A DNA stretch of 64,000 nucleotides from a virus. The stretch covers positions 80,801 to 144,800 of IMG/VR virus record IMGVR_UViG_3300050821_010764; one strand, 5' to 3'. Below the pieces are notes generated by a model that saw only the letters and a program-made list of their open reading frames with translations, did not search any database and had not been told where the DNA came from. How positions within the stretch are numbered: position 1 is the stretch's first letter; every line of letters starts with the position of its first letter. Shown in pieces: positions 36,023 to 46,184 of this stretch. The position numbers and the translations under genes were made by a program.

Positions 36023-36847
36023 ATGGGACTATCAAGGCTAAATAAAAAACTCTTCACTTCATCTGGAACTTGGCTCGCACCTGCTGGCATTACTCAAATC
36101 ACAGTATTTGGTATGGGTGCTGGTGGTGGTGGAGGAGGTGGAGGTGGCGGAGGCATTACTAATCCTGGAGGAGGAGGATCTGGTGGTGGTGGAGCTATTC
36201 ACAACGTACAAATTATCACCGTAGTTCCAGGCGTTTCATATGCCATTACTATTGGTGGAGGGGGTGCGTCTGGTAGTGGTGGTACTGGTGGAGGCAATGG
36301 TGGTAATGGTGGAGATGGTGGTGATACTACTTTTGATGGTCTTGCTACATTCTATGGTGCTGGAGGTGGATTTGGTGGTAGAGGAAATTTTGGTGGCAAC
36401 TCTTTCGTTGTAGGTGGGGCTCCCCGTCGTGGGTTATTTCCGGGTTCTGGTGATGGCGCTCCGAGTAATCCGGGTCAAGGTGGTTTTGGTATTACCAGAG
36501 GTTGGTCTGTTGCAAGGGTTGGAGCCCTTCTTCTTAATGGTGGGGCAACGGCTGCTGGTCCTGGTGGTGGTTCTGGTGGTCCAGGTTTTGATGGTACTGA
36601 TTTGGGTGGAGGTGGAGGAGGCGGTGGTGGAGCTAGTACTTGGAATGGAATGCAGGCAGGATTTGGAAATCCTGGTGGACCAGGTTTTCCAATCAATGGT
36701 GGTAGCGGTCAAGTTGGTCCCAGTTTAGGTGCGGGTGGTGGAGGTGGAGGCGGTGGCGGCGGCACCGATTCAGGTCAACCATTGCGTGGTGGTGCCTCAG
36801 GAACAGCTGGCGCTTCGGGCGCGTTAATAATTTTGTGGATAGAGTAA
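36023..36847 (+). CDS. Glycine-rich adhesin-like protein 1
   Basis: FTSSGTW.AP.G, poly-Gly runs, VVPG..Y.I.IG, GDTTFDG, terminal W(I/V)E. Confidence 0.75.
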   Translation: MGLSRLNKKLFTSSGTWLAPAGITQITVFGMGAGGGGGGGGGGGITNPGGGGSGGGGAIHNVQIITVVPGVSYAITIGGGGASGSGGTGGGNGGNGGDGGDTTFDGLATFYGAGGGFGGRGNFGGNSFVVGGAPRRGLFPGSGDGAPSNPGQGGFGITRGWSVARVGALLLNGGATAAGPGGGSGGPGFDGTDLGGGGGGGGGASTWNGMQAGFGNPGGPGFPINGGSGQVGPSLGAGGGGGGGGGGTDSGQPLRGGASGTAGASGALIILWIE

Positions 36848-37669
36848 ATGAGTAGATTAAACACACAAACATTTCTTTCATCTGGAACTTGGACTGCACC
36901 TGCGGGTGTAACCCAAGTTACACTGTTTGGTATTGGTGGCGGCGGCGGTGGTGGTGGCGGAGGAAGTGGAGGAACAGGATCTCCTGGATTGCCTGGTACT
37001 GGTGGTGGTGGAGGTGGCGGAGCCATTCATAGAATACTCACAGTTAATGTTGTTCCAGGAACCGTATATACGATAACTATTGGCGCTGGCGGCGGAGGCG
37101 GGTCAGGTAGTGGAGGTGGCGCTAATGGTGCTCCTGGTGGAGATGCTGGTGATACTACCTTTGATGGTCTTGCTACATTTCGTGGAGCCCAAAGGGGTTC
37201 AGGAGGCGTTGCGGCTACAACTGGTACAACCACTTTTGGTCCTGCTGGACAGCCAGCTAAGTTGGTTTCTTTTGGTGTTGGTCTTGGAGCGCAAGAAAAT
37301 GTTGGTTCGGGTGGTGAAGGAGTTAGTAGAGGTGTAGCAGTTAGCACTTCAGTAGCTAGTGGTAGTGGAACTGCAAACAATGTTGGGGGCGGTGGCGCTT
37401 TTGCTGGTGGTGATGATCAAGCTTTAGGTGGTCAAGGTGGAGGTGGTGGCGGTGCTAGTACTTGGCCAGGCGGAAATGGTGGAACTGGTATTCCTGGAGG
37501 TCCAGGTTACGCTATTAATGGCGGTGGTGGATCTGCTGGACCAGGTATTGCTGGGGGTGGAGGAGGTGGTGGTGGCGGTGGTGGAACTGTTACTGGTCAG
37601 CCGCTACGTTCTGGCAGTAATGGACAAGCTGGTGGCAGTGGCGCATTAACAGTTACGTGGGTAGAATAA
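36848..37669 (+). CDS. Glycine-rich adhesin-like protein 2
   Basis: Paralogue of 36023. Confidence 0.75.
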   Translation: MSRLNTQTFLSSGTWTAPAGVTQVTLFGIGGGGGGGGGGSGGTGSPGLPGTGGGGGGGAIHRILTVNVVPGTVYTITIGAGGGGGSGSGGGANGAPGGDAGDTTFDGLATFRGAQRGSGGVAATTGTTTFGPAGQPAKLVSFGVGLGAQENVGSGGEGVSRGVAVSTSVASGSGTANNVGGGGAFAGGDDQALGGQGGGGGGASTWPGGNGGTGIPGGPGYAINGGGGSAGPGIAGGGGGGGGGGGTVTGQPLRSGSNGQAGGSGALTVTWVE

Positions 37670-38532
37670 TGACTCTTAGTAAATTCAACAAACAACTATT
37701 TACTTCTTCTGGAACTTGGACAGCTCCTTCTGGAGTTACTGTTGTCATTTTACGTGGTATTGGAGGCGGTGGAGGTGGAGCTGGTGGAGGTGGAGGAGAT
37801 ATTAACGTAGCTGGAGAGGGTGGCGGAGGTGGAGGTGGTGCACGACAGAATACGGCAGTGTTAGACGTTATACCGGGAGTTGTTTATTCGGTTAATATTG
37901 GTATTGGTGGAACGGGCGGTTTAGGGGGAGGAACTGGTTCAGTTAGTGCTCCTGGTGGCAATTCTACAGATGGACAGGACACTACCTTTGCAGATCCTAC
38001 TCCGACCACATTAGCAACATTTCGTGGAGCTAGTGCGACATTTGGCGGAGTCAATGCTAATGAAGGAACTATTTCGGCAGTAGGCGGACCGCCAGTAAAA
38101 GGATTATGGCCTTCTGGTTCTACCACTGGTGGTTCAGGTGGTCATCCACATAATACAGGTCAAGGTGGAGATGGTATTGGTAGAGGTAATGCTGGTGTAG
38201 ATTTTCTTCGTTTAGATGGCGCCTCTACTGAAGCTGGCACGGCAGGCGGTCGTGGAGCTTTAGGGACTAACGGTGGTAGAAATGGTGGAGGCTCTGGCGG
38301 AGGTGGTGGTGCGAGCACTTGGGAAGGTGGAACGGCAGGAGCTGGTGGAAATGGAACTCCCGGATTCGGAGCTTCTGGTACTGGTCCATTTACTGGTGGT
38401 GCAGGTACATTAGGTGGTGGCGGAGGTGGGGGCGGTGGTGGCGGTGGAACTATCAATGGACAACCATTGCGTGCAGGACAAGCCGGTGGTAATGGCGGAA
38501 ATGGTGCTTTAGAAATTAGTTGGGTTGAATAA
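37669..38532 (+). CDS. Glycine-rich adhesin-like protein 3
   Basis: Paralogue; TAATG-coupled start MTLSKFNKQLFTSSGTW. Confidence 0.75.
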   Translation: MTLSKFNKQLFTSSGTWTAPSGVTVVILRGIGGGGGGAGGGGGDINVAGEGGGGGGGARQNTAVLDVIPGVVYSVNIGIGGTGGLGGGTGSVSAPGGNSTDGQDTTFADPTPTTLATFRGASATFGGVNANEGTISAVGGPPVKGLWPSGSTTGGSGGHPHNTGQGGDGIGRGNAGVDFLRLDGASTEAGTAGGRGALGTNGGRNGGGSGGGGGASTWEGGTAGAGGNGTPGFGASGTGPFTGGAGTLGGGGGGGGGGGGTINGQPLRAGQAGGNGGNGALEISWVE

Positions 38533-38595
38533 TCTGATTAGGTCGGCATAAAAGCGCAATATACCAATTCTTTTGCATGTCTATAAGGAGTTACT

Positions 38596-39033
38596 ATGGA
38601 TCCGATTCTTCAAACCCTATTAAGTTGGCAGTTTCTTATTTTTGGACTTGCCGTTGCCTCTATTATGTTTGTCTTGAGAAAATTTGTCGAATATCTCATG
38701 GCTAATTGGTCACCTGCATCCAAAGAATCAAAACTTTGGAATGATCTATTAATGCCAATTTTGCCAGTTCTTTTGGGTGCTTTCGGAGCTTTACTGTTTA
38801 AAACATATCCATATCCAGATGGTTTAGTTACTACTGGCGGAAGAGTTATTTTTGGATTAGTAGCAGGTCTTCTATCCACTCTATTTTATAGGGTAATTAA
38901 GGCACTAATGATTCAGAGAATAACTGGTGCACCCACCCCAACTACTACAGCTGGTAATCCAGATGCACCCGTTGATCCAGCAGCAGATGTAAATGATTTA
39001 GCAAATCAAGTAAGACAAACAATCAATAAATGA
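38596..39033 (+). CDS. Holin-like membrane protein (3 TM)
   Basis: AAGGAG RBS; three hydrophobic helices; LPILPVLLGA..GLVAG pattern. Confidence 0.6.
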   Translation: MDPILQTLLSWQFLIFGLAVASIMFVLRKFVEYLMANWSPASKESKLWNDLLMPILPVLLGAFGALLFKTYPYPDGLVTTGGRVIFGLVAGLLSTLFYRVIKALMIQRITGAPTPTTTAGNPDAPVDPAADVNDLANQVRQTINK

Positions 39034-39073
39034 GAATTTCAGTTATATATTTACTGAAATTAGCCGGTGAGAT

Positions 39074-42000
39074 ATGAGCAAATTCCCTTCAGACTTTGAT
39101 GATGACACAACCCTGCCGTTTATAAACGACAATTTGAATGACATTGGTGGAGAAGCCATCAATGCTCTTCGTGATGTCGCATTTGCGCTTGAGCAAAATA
39201 TTGGTTTAGGAGCTGCCGGTACCACTAATTCTATCGCCGATAGACTAGGTGTTTCTATCAATCCTAACGGCACCATCAAAGCCTCTGCTATTGCCAGCTT
39301 AGGACTAGTTACCCTACCTATTCGTCAAGATCAGATTGCTGATGATGCTGAAATCCCAGAATCTAAATTAAGATTAGACCACAGAACCCAAGACCTGTTT
39401 AACTACATCAGAGATTTATCTGGAGACGTTAATCTAGCTTTGGGGTGGATCTCTGTCAGTGGAGTTAAACTAGAACCACATCTGATTGGTGCTATTTATC
39501 GACACACCATGGATCAAATTGATGTGACCGGTGATCCAATTGGTTTTCCTTTCCTAAAAAATAAGTTTAGACAGTTTAGAAATAATCTACAATCTTATAA
39601 TCTAGTTAATGATATCAATAATGAGTTACTAGCTCATCAATGGGCAGATGGTTCTAATTTTACCACTGGAACCGTTGTCACTAACAATGGTTCTTTATTT
39701 TCTGCCAATTACGGACATACCGCTAGTGGTATCTTCCTAAATACCACTAGATTTGTTAATATCCCTCAAATTGCTGACGATTTACAATTGTTTGCTGAGT
39801 TTATTGACGAGTCCAGCATTCTATTGTTGGGCACCAGAATTCAAAATCTATACTCTAATGGTATTTCTAGAGTTTCTAGATCTTCTAGTTTAAGCATCGA
39901 TGGCTATGGACAGTCCATTATTCCAATGACCCCTGCCATTGCTTACTTGAAGAATATTGGATCTAACAGCACTCCATTCGATGATATCGATAGGGGCGAC
40001 GACATTATCGAATTCAAACCATTGGCAGCCGCCAAAACCTCTAAATCTTTTGATGAGCAATTCGCGTTGGTTAAAGTTGGCGATATCATTAGAATCAACT
40101 ATGGCACCATTGAGACCTCTTTTATCATTAAAGAGAAAAAATATATTGCTGCCTCTCAGAAATATCTAGTTAGAATTGCCGGTAAAAACCTATTCTATTC
40201 TCCTATTGCTGTTGCCCGTATTGACCGTCCGCTAGTCAATAACAATAAGTTTGGTGTACTGGCTATTGCTCCTGCCAACAACCAGTTCAATCAGATACCA
40301 AGTCTGGTTGTGGGTAGCCCTCGTGGTGCTCAGGCACTAGGAGTTGGATTTAGCTCTGATGAGTTTAATGAAACTCATTATCTATTGTATCTAGCTTTGT
40401 ATCCAACTGGATCACCTCAAGATGGATATACTATTCTGCCTGGTATCGATGTCACTGGTAACAGAGGACAAACTCCAGGAGCTTATACTCTTGATTCCAT
40501 TGTAGATGCAACCAACGCAGCCCTTAGAAAACCAGGGTTTAATTACCGCTTCATTGCCTTCTCTTATCAAGGCGAGTTTGGTATCATGTTGGCAGATCCT
40601 TACAGTGATACGGCATTCTCAGTGCTCAGTGCGGTGGTTAAACCAGATGGAACTTTTGATGCAGTAGCCACTGGCATAGTATTTCAGAATAATGTTGTAG
40701 ACTTATTTCCAGTCCCACCACATACCGTCGCACCTGACCCTCTTGGATTTGGTCCTTTTGGCGCTAATATTGCCAGCCCTCCATTCATGCTTTCTTATGG
40801 CTCCACAGAAGCCTCTCAGAACCCGACCAGACTATTTGTTCCACTAAAAAGAAACAACTACTATGTCAACGGCGCTGAGAAGGAAAGACTTAATCTACAG
40901 CCAGGACAAGCTTTGGATGGCTATGGTGATGGTTACTGGGTAGGTACTATTCAAGTGCCACTTCCTGTTACAGGCGGTAGAGTAGAAAAAGTTTATCGTG
41001 TAGCTCAAGATCTATCTACTTCTGATTTGAAAATTGGTAAGACACTAGTTGTTCAGTCTTTGGGAGCTGGTAGTCTGTTAGATTTTGGTCGCTTCATCAT
41101 CAAAGATATCAATTTTGGATGTAACCCCGCCAACTTCACTGATATTACGGTGTACGATGCTGTTCATGCACAAGGATTTTCACCAACACCGACTTTAGGA
41201 TCAGACGGTAATCCCGCCAATGTTGCGCTGTATTTTAACTCTGATTCTGTTTCCTTTAATGCAGAAACGGCGACCGATTTCGTAGCTGTATCTCCGTTTA
41301 AGAGACATTTTGAAGTATATATTGATCAATTCAGTAATACCTTTACTCATGAAAGAGGTAGAATGGGTATTAGCGGTAGCAATATCGTTATTGATACTCC
41401 TACTCCAGTAACTCTATATGGTTCTACCCAACCAGCCAAGCTAGACATTATTAAAATTTCTCCAAAGTTAAGAGGATATCAGTTCGGTCCAGTCACTAAG
41501 ATCAATCTCAATATTATTGCTTTTGATTCTGCCAGCGGAATCTACGACGGATACTTATCCTCTTTCGATGGCAGCTTCCATACACACCTTGGTCCGACAA
41601 TCAACGGCAAAAAAGGTGAGGTCACTAGATTCTACGATGAGACTAATATTGATTACATTGATGTGTTGTTTGACATCACCACCATCGTTGGTTCTTTTGC
41701 TTTACAGAACATAGACATTCAACTATTTCCAACTTTGTCGTTGGATGATGAGGTTATGTTAATCGGAACCTGTCAGCTAAACGACACTACTAAATTTGTC
41801 AATCGTGTACGAGATGAAAGACAGTTTGGAAACACTAGTGAAAAAGAACTTAGCACTTCTGCTTTGAATTTCATCGCACTACCAGAAAGACTACTACACT
41901 TCAACGGAGTTATCAGAGGATTTGATATTGTTGATGTAAATGCCGAGGTTATTACATTAACCGGTGGGCAGGCTCTTGTCAATGGTAAATTCCAACTTCT

Positions 42001-45000
42001 CAATAATGAAATTCTCACCATTCCATTTACTAGAGAGTTGTATTTCTCAGTAGACTTCCCAATCAATTGGGCATTGTGTATTAATTCTATTGGTGAATTA
42101 GTCACTATTCCATTAACAGATTTTGATTCTGTTTTGGGCACTCCTAATGATCCTACTAGGCTAGTAGTTCTAAAAAATGTTATTTCTAATACTACCTATA
42201 CGGTGGATTCAACTACATTTGCCAATCTTCTAAATAATAGAAAAGATTTGACCATACTGTATATTGTAGCTTCGACTGTCTCTATGACGCCAACGGTCTC
42301 ACTATCTGTTAAAGATGTAAGAAGATATGTAAATGATCAAGACTCCAATATCCCGGCAGTAGTTACCGATGACAACTCACAGGGTAACTTTAAAAACTTT
42401 GTATCGGCTGCGACATGGATCAAACTAGATAACAAATTTCAAAATACCATTCAAATTAAGGGAAGTCAATTTGCAACTGTAGATCCCGGTTTCTCAGCCG
42501 GTAATAGTGTCAATATCGTAGGTGGTGGAGTTGGAGCCATACTTACTTTTAATACTAATGTAGTGATGTTTAATGTGAATTTCAAAGATTTAGAAATTCA
42601 TTTTCTTGGAAACACGACTCTAACTAATGTTAATTTTGATAACTGTGTAGTTTACAATGGTGGACCATCTCATAATTTCACGGCTACTAACTGTATTCTA
42701 AACAGATGTACTATTACAGTTGATGGAACCGCAACTCTTACTAATGTGTTAATCAATAAATCTACTGCAACTTTCGAGAGCACTATTATTGCAAATACCA
42801 CCAGATTTACTGATAGCATATTAACCTTCCTAATTGGTGGAACTTTTACTAATGTAATCATCGATCCATCTACGATAACGATTGGTGGAACGATTACCAT
42901 CAATTCTTCTGCTACTATTACCGATTCGACTATCCTAGTTACTACCGTCCAAGCTTTTGTAATAAGCAATCTTTTCAGATTTGAAAGAAATCAAGTTACC
43001 TATACGGGAGCCCCAGGTGGAGGATATGACACCACCGATCTAGTTAATGCAGGTGGAGGCATGATTTATGCCAGTGTAGGAGCCAACTTATCAGATGTTA
43101 TTGTCAGAGATAATACATTCACTACGGCTCTGACCGATAGATTCTCCTTTTTCAGTTTGCAACTAACTAGCTTCTCTTCTGTTATTGAAAATATTGATGT
43201 TTCCAAAAACAAGTTTATTTCTACAGCTATGGTAGATGATTTGAGAGCAGTTATCTCAATTGTATCTACTCTGACTGCACCAGCTAGTCCGGGCGCCTAT
43301 CCAAGATCTCCTAAATTAGTCAATGTATTTATTGATGGTAATATGTGCAACGCTAATCAGATGATTGTTGTATCTGTCCAGCGTACTCCGGGCGTGGTTG
43401 CTATCACTGGAGGCATGTTAACTACTACCAGTACAAAGATTTCTAATAACACCTGTGGTACCATTGGATTTATCACGGCAGCAGCTTCCGCTTCCGATTT
43501 CTCTAACGTTACCTCTCCAAATATTGGATTGATACAAGATAAATCAGATCAATTAGTCATCAGTGGTAATGCTTGCAAGTTTATTGCTAATCTTGATTTT
43601 AGAGGCGATTATATTCCATTCAGAAGTACAGCATATCCAGGAAACAATATTGACTTTGTTGCAACTGGTACCGGCGCTTTCAGCATCTACAATAACACTG
43701 TCAATTGGATTCAAGTTGGTTGCAGCGCTTATACTGTGCTAAATGACGGTGGCATCATCACTAGCAATAGAGTGTCTCCCGCTAATCCTGCCTATTTAAA
43801 CAACTTTACCGACGCATTAGTTAGCGGTGTTACACCGGGCAATGTAGGCATTTTGTTAAGAAGAGAATTTAACGGTACTGGCACTACTCGTAGCATTATT
43901 GCCAATAACATAATTGTTCAGAAGAATCTATTTAATACTGTTGGTACCGCCGTTAGCTATTATTATGATGCGGCTTTGGTCTGTTTCAACAGTGCCAATA
44001 TTACTGGCAACTCTATCATTGGCGTAGTCAACACCCTAACTAACCCACTATCTCCGTTCTCTACTATATTGTATTTGGGACCATCAGGTAATATGATTGT
44101 TTCAGGTAATAATTTGGATAGAGCTGGTTTAGGAATTCAATCTTATGTAGCTACAGCGCCTGGTGCGGTCAACCAAGTCTCTGTTACGAATAACATTTTC
44201 GATAGCCAATTTATTGATGTAGCTAATACTATCGAAACGGTGGGGGTTAATATTCCTTCTGCATGGTCATTCCGCAATAATAGAAATCAGATTTTCTATA
44301 AAGAAATATCTTTGGTAGATGACTCTTTTGGTTTAGATGGTCTTTTTGGGGCAGGAGTACAAAACAACTCTTATCCAGCACATACTCAGCTAACTCTTTT
44401 TGCCGACCAAAGAACTGGTGCTGACGGTTTTATTACTGTTTTTAGACAAATTGGTCCGGCTAGCTATACAGAAATAGCTTCTGATCATTTTATTCAAGTA
44501 CAAGATTTCGGTCAAGGCGCAAGCCATACATTTGGCTGGACTAAGCGTGGGGCAATTGATCCTTACTTGCCAGATAATGTTAGAATTTTGAACGCTAGAA
44601 TTGGATATTTTGAAAGTACTTGGAATAGCGTTAATGCTTTGGATTACAATGCCGCCCCTGCTTATAACGTTGCTACTTTAACTATGTTCAGGTACAAAGA
44701 TTCGACAACTTCAAATGATCCTCTCAATGGAGTATTGAATGTTAGAGACCAAATAACGGCTCATGCAGGAAGTTTTGGAAATGATAATTCTGTTTTTGAT
44801 AACGTAGCCGCCTCTCATCATATTACATCTGCTGGTGATGAAACCAATATTAGAACAAATACCGTTATTATCACTGCCGATTTAACTGCTCATGATTTTA
44901 CTACCAATCAAAATTACAGAATAGGTTATTCGTTAGAACAAAACTTTAAAAAAGCAGCTCCCACAGATGGCAACTTCGTCTTTTTTGATTGGTCTCCAAT

Positions 45001-45025
45001 TGTTTTGAAGTGCATTTATCGTTAA
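39074..45025 (+). CDS. Very large tail/baseplate-associated protein with beta-helix (tailspike-like) C-terminal half
   Basis: 1983 aa; N-terminal FP..D..INALRD..ALE...G anchor-like segment; Asn/Ile/Thr repeats (I.GN, I.NN) typical of parallel beta-helices. Confidence 0.65.
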   Translation: MSKFPSDFDDDTTLPFINDNLNDIGGEAINALRDVAFALEQNIGLGAAGTTNSIADRLGVSINPNGTIKASAIASLGLVTLPIRQDQIADDAEIPESKLRLDHRTQDLFNYIRDLSGDVNLALGWISVSGVKLEPHLIGAIYRHTMDQIDVTGDPIGFPFLKNKFRQFRNNLQSYNLVNDINNELLAHQWADGSNFTTGTVVTNNGSLFSANYGHTASGIFLNTTRFVNIPQIADDLQLFAEFIDESSILLLGTRIQNLYSNGISRVSRSSSLSIDGYGQSIIPMTPAIAYLKNIGSNSTPFDDIDRGDDIIEFKPLAAAKTSKSFDEQFALVKVGDIIRINYGTIETSFIIKEKKYIAASQKYLVRIAGKNLFYSPIAVARIDRPLVNNNKFGVLAIAPANNQFNQIPSLVVGSPRGAQALGVGFSSDEFNETHYLLYLALYPTGSPQDGYTILPGIDVTGNRGQTPGAYTLDSIVDATNAALRKPGFNYRFIAFSYQGEFGIMLADPYSDTAFSVLSAVVKPDGTFDAVATGIVFQNNVVDLFPVPPHTVAPDPLGFGPFGANIASPPFMLSYGSTEASQNPTRLFVPLKRNNYYVNGAEKERLNLQPGQALDGYGDGYWVGTIQVPLPVTGGRVEKVYRVAQDLSTSDLKIGKTLVVQSLGAGSLLDFGRFIIKDINFGCNPANFTDITVYDAVHAQGFSPTPTLGSDGNPANVALYFNSDSVSFNAETATDFVAVSPFKRHFEVYIDQFSNTFTHERGRMGISGSNIVIDTPTPVTLYGSTQPAKLDIIKISPKLRGYQFGPVTKINLNIIAFDSASGIYDGYLSSFDGSFHTHLGPTINGKKGEVTRFYDETNIDYIDVLFDITTIVGSFALQNIDIQLFPTLSLDDEVMLIGTCQLNDTTKFVNRVRDERQFGNTSEKELSTSALNFIALPERLLHFNGVIRGFDIVDVNAEVITLTGGQALVNGKFQLLNNEILTIPFTRELYFSVDFPINWALCINSIGELVTIPLTDFDSVLGTPNDPTRLVVLKNVISNTTYTVDSTTFANLLNNRKDLTILYIVASTVSMTPTVSLSVKDVRRYVNDQDSNIPAVVTDDNSQGNFKNFVSAATWIKLDNKFQNTIQIKGSQFATVDPGFSAGNSVNIVGGGVGAILTFNTNVVMFNVNFKDLEIHFLGNTTLTNVNFDNCVVYNGGPSHNFTATNCILNRCTITVDGTATLTNVLINKSTATFESTIIANTTRFTDSILTFLIGGTFTNVIIDPSTITIGGTITINSSATITDSTILVTTVQAFVISNLFRFERNQVTYTGAPGGGYDTTDLVNAGGGMIYASVGANLSDVIVRDNTFTTALTDRFSFFSLQLTSFSSVIENIDVSKNKFISTAMVDDLRAVISIVSTLTAPASPGAYPRSPKLVNVFIDGNMCNANQMIVVSVQRTPGVVAITGGMLTTTSTKISNNTCGTIGFITAAASASDFSNVTSPNIGLIQDKSDQLVISGNACKFIANLDFRGDYIPFRSTAYPGNNIDFVATGTGAFSIYNNTVNWIQVGCSAYTVLNDGGIITSNRVSPANPAYLNNFTDALVSGVTPGNVGILLRREFNGTGTTRSIIANNIIVQKNLFNTVGTAVSYYYDAALVCFNSANITGNSIIGVVNTLTNPLSPFSTILYLGPSGNMIVSGNNLDRAGLGIQSYVATAPGAVNQVSVTNNIFDSQFIDVANTIETVGVNIPSAWSFRNNRNQIFYKEISLVDDSFGLDGLFGAGVQNNSYPAHTQLTLFADQRTGADGFITVFRQIGPASYTEIASDHFIQVQDFGQGASHTFGWTKRGAIDPYLPDNVRILNARIGYFESTWNSVNALDYNAAPAYNVATLTMFRYKDSTTSNDPLNGVLNVRDQITAHAGSFGNDNSVFDNVAASHHITSAGDETNIRTNTVIITADLTAHDFTTNQNYRIGYSLEQNFKKAAPTDGNFVFFDWSPIVLKCIYR

Positions 45026-45033
45026 AGGAAAAA

Positions 45034-45219
45034 ATGAGCTTAGATGACAAATTCTTACTAATAAATCAAAAGTGTTCATGTATTGATCAGCCGCCTCGAT
45101 TAATTGATGGCTATGCTATAGTTAGAGAGCGCTGTTTACAATGTCATGGTAGGGGAGTTAAAACCTCTGAAATTTCATTGGCTGAATTAAAGGCTTGGTT
45201 AGATGGGTATTCTGGATAA
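45034..45219 (+). CDS. Small Cys-rich (Zn-ribbon) protein
   Basis: AAGGA RBS; CSC...CLQCHGRG; TAATG coupling to next gene. Confidence 0.6.
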   Translation: MSLDDKFLLINQKCSCIDQPPRLIDGYAIVRERCLQCHGRGVKTSEISLAELKAWLDGYSG

Positions 45220-46043
45220 TGTCAACCAATAATTTTTTCAAATCTAATTTGATGAATCTACATCACGTTGTTCAGGCGTCGATGTTGGTCTATCCTAAAG
45301 AAATGATTATCTCGGTTCTCAGAGATTTCTTTTCTAAGGACGACTATTATCATTACTCTAAAGATCAATGGGGATTTGCTAATACTACTGATCATACCGA
45401 TTTGCCACCTGGCGCCGACATCCCCGAAGGCGCTATTGGCTCCACAGCTACTTCTAGCATTTTACTGCCCACCAGAGTATTTATCGGAGAGAACTATCGA
45501 TACGATGGAATTTATTATCCTGCCATCTTGGTCAAAAGTGGCGGGGCTCGTTACGTCCCAATTTCCATTAATAGAGAGCAAGAAGGAATTCAATACGAAG
45601 ACTTAATCTTTGAAGATGGCTATGGTAACCAAACTATTGTTCATAAACCAGTTTCTTTTATTACTGCTGGCATATGGGAAGGATCAATTATTGTTGATGT
45701 TTTAACTAGAAGTCTAAGAGCTAGAGACGACTTAGTAGAAGCAATGGGTATGTTCTTTGCGGACATTACTTTTGATACTCTTCATGATGTGGGCATTATA
45801 GTCAAACCGCCTGTTATTGGGGCTGCTTCAGAGGCAGATGATAGAAATGACAAGCTATTTAGGCAAACTCTCACATTAGATATAAGAACTGAGTGGAGAA
45901 GGGAAGTGCCCGTAAGCAACGTCATTGACGCTATCTTCTTCACCGCAACTTTTGAAGATTTATCTAGACCTAGCAGCCCCGTTCCCGCTAATATGACTGT
46001 TAATACCGAAGTTAGCTTGACGGATATGCTACTAAACATGTAA
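45219..46043 (+). CDS. Tail completion/terminator protein
   Basis: YPAILVK..GSI.VDV..RS..ARDDL..RTEWR; directly upstream of sheath. Confidence 0.65.
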   Translation: MSTNNFFKSNLMNLHHVVQASMLVYPKEMIISVLRDFFSKDDYYHYSKDQWGFANTTDHTDLPPGADIPEGAIGSTATSSILLPTRVFIGENYRYDGIYYPAILVKSGGARYVPISINREQEGIQYEDLIFEDGYGNQTIVHKPVSFITAGIWEGSIIVDVLTRSLRARDDLVEAMGMFFADITFDTLHDVGIIVKPPVIGAASEADDRNDKLFRQTLTLDIRTEWRREVPVSNVIDAIFFTATFEDLSRPSSPVPANMTVNTEVSLTDMLLNM

Positions 46044-46184
46044 ATTAGAGAGAATTCGAATGTCTAATTCGAAAAGTTTCAAGGTCAAGGTAAGACAATA
46101 AAATGTGCTAATATATCGCCCCCGATAGGAATATTATTACATTTTAATGATACAATCTACAAAACCGAGTGATAAGGATTCAAT

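Noticed and set aside
36414-38456. Pro-rich minus-strand and Val-rich alternative-frame ORFs
   Set aside because: Shadows of GGN-rich glycine codons
36023-38532. Diversity-generating retroelement target/template pair
   Set aside because: No reverse transcriptase in window and differences between copies are not adenine-specific
46044-46184. Possible ncRNA or tRNA in the gap before the sheath gene
   Set aside because: Only short palindromes (TTCGAA twice, TATCG-CCCC-CGATA); no cloverleaf; explained as a promoter region
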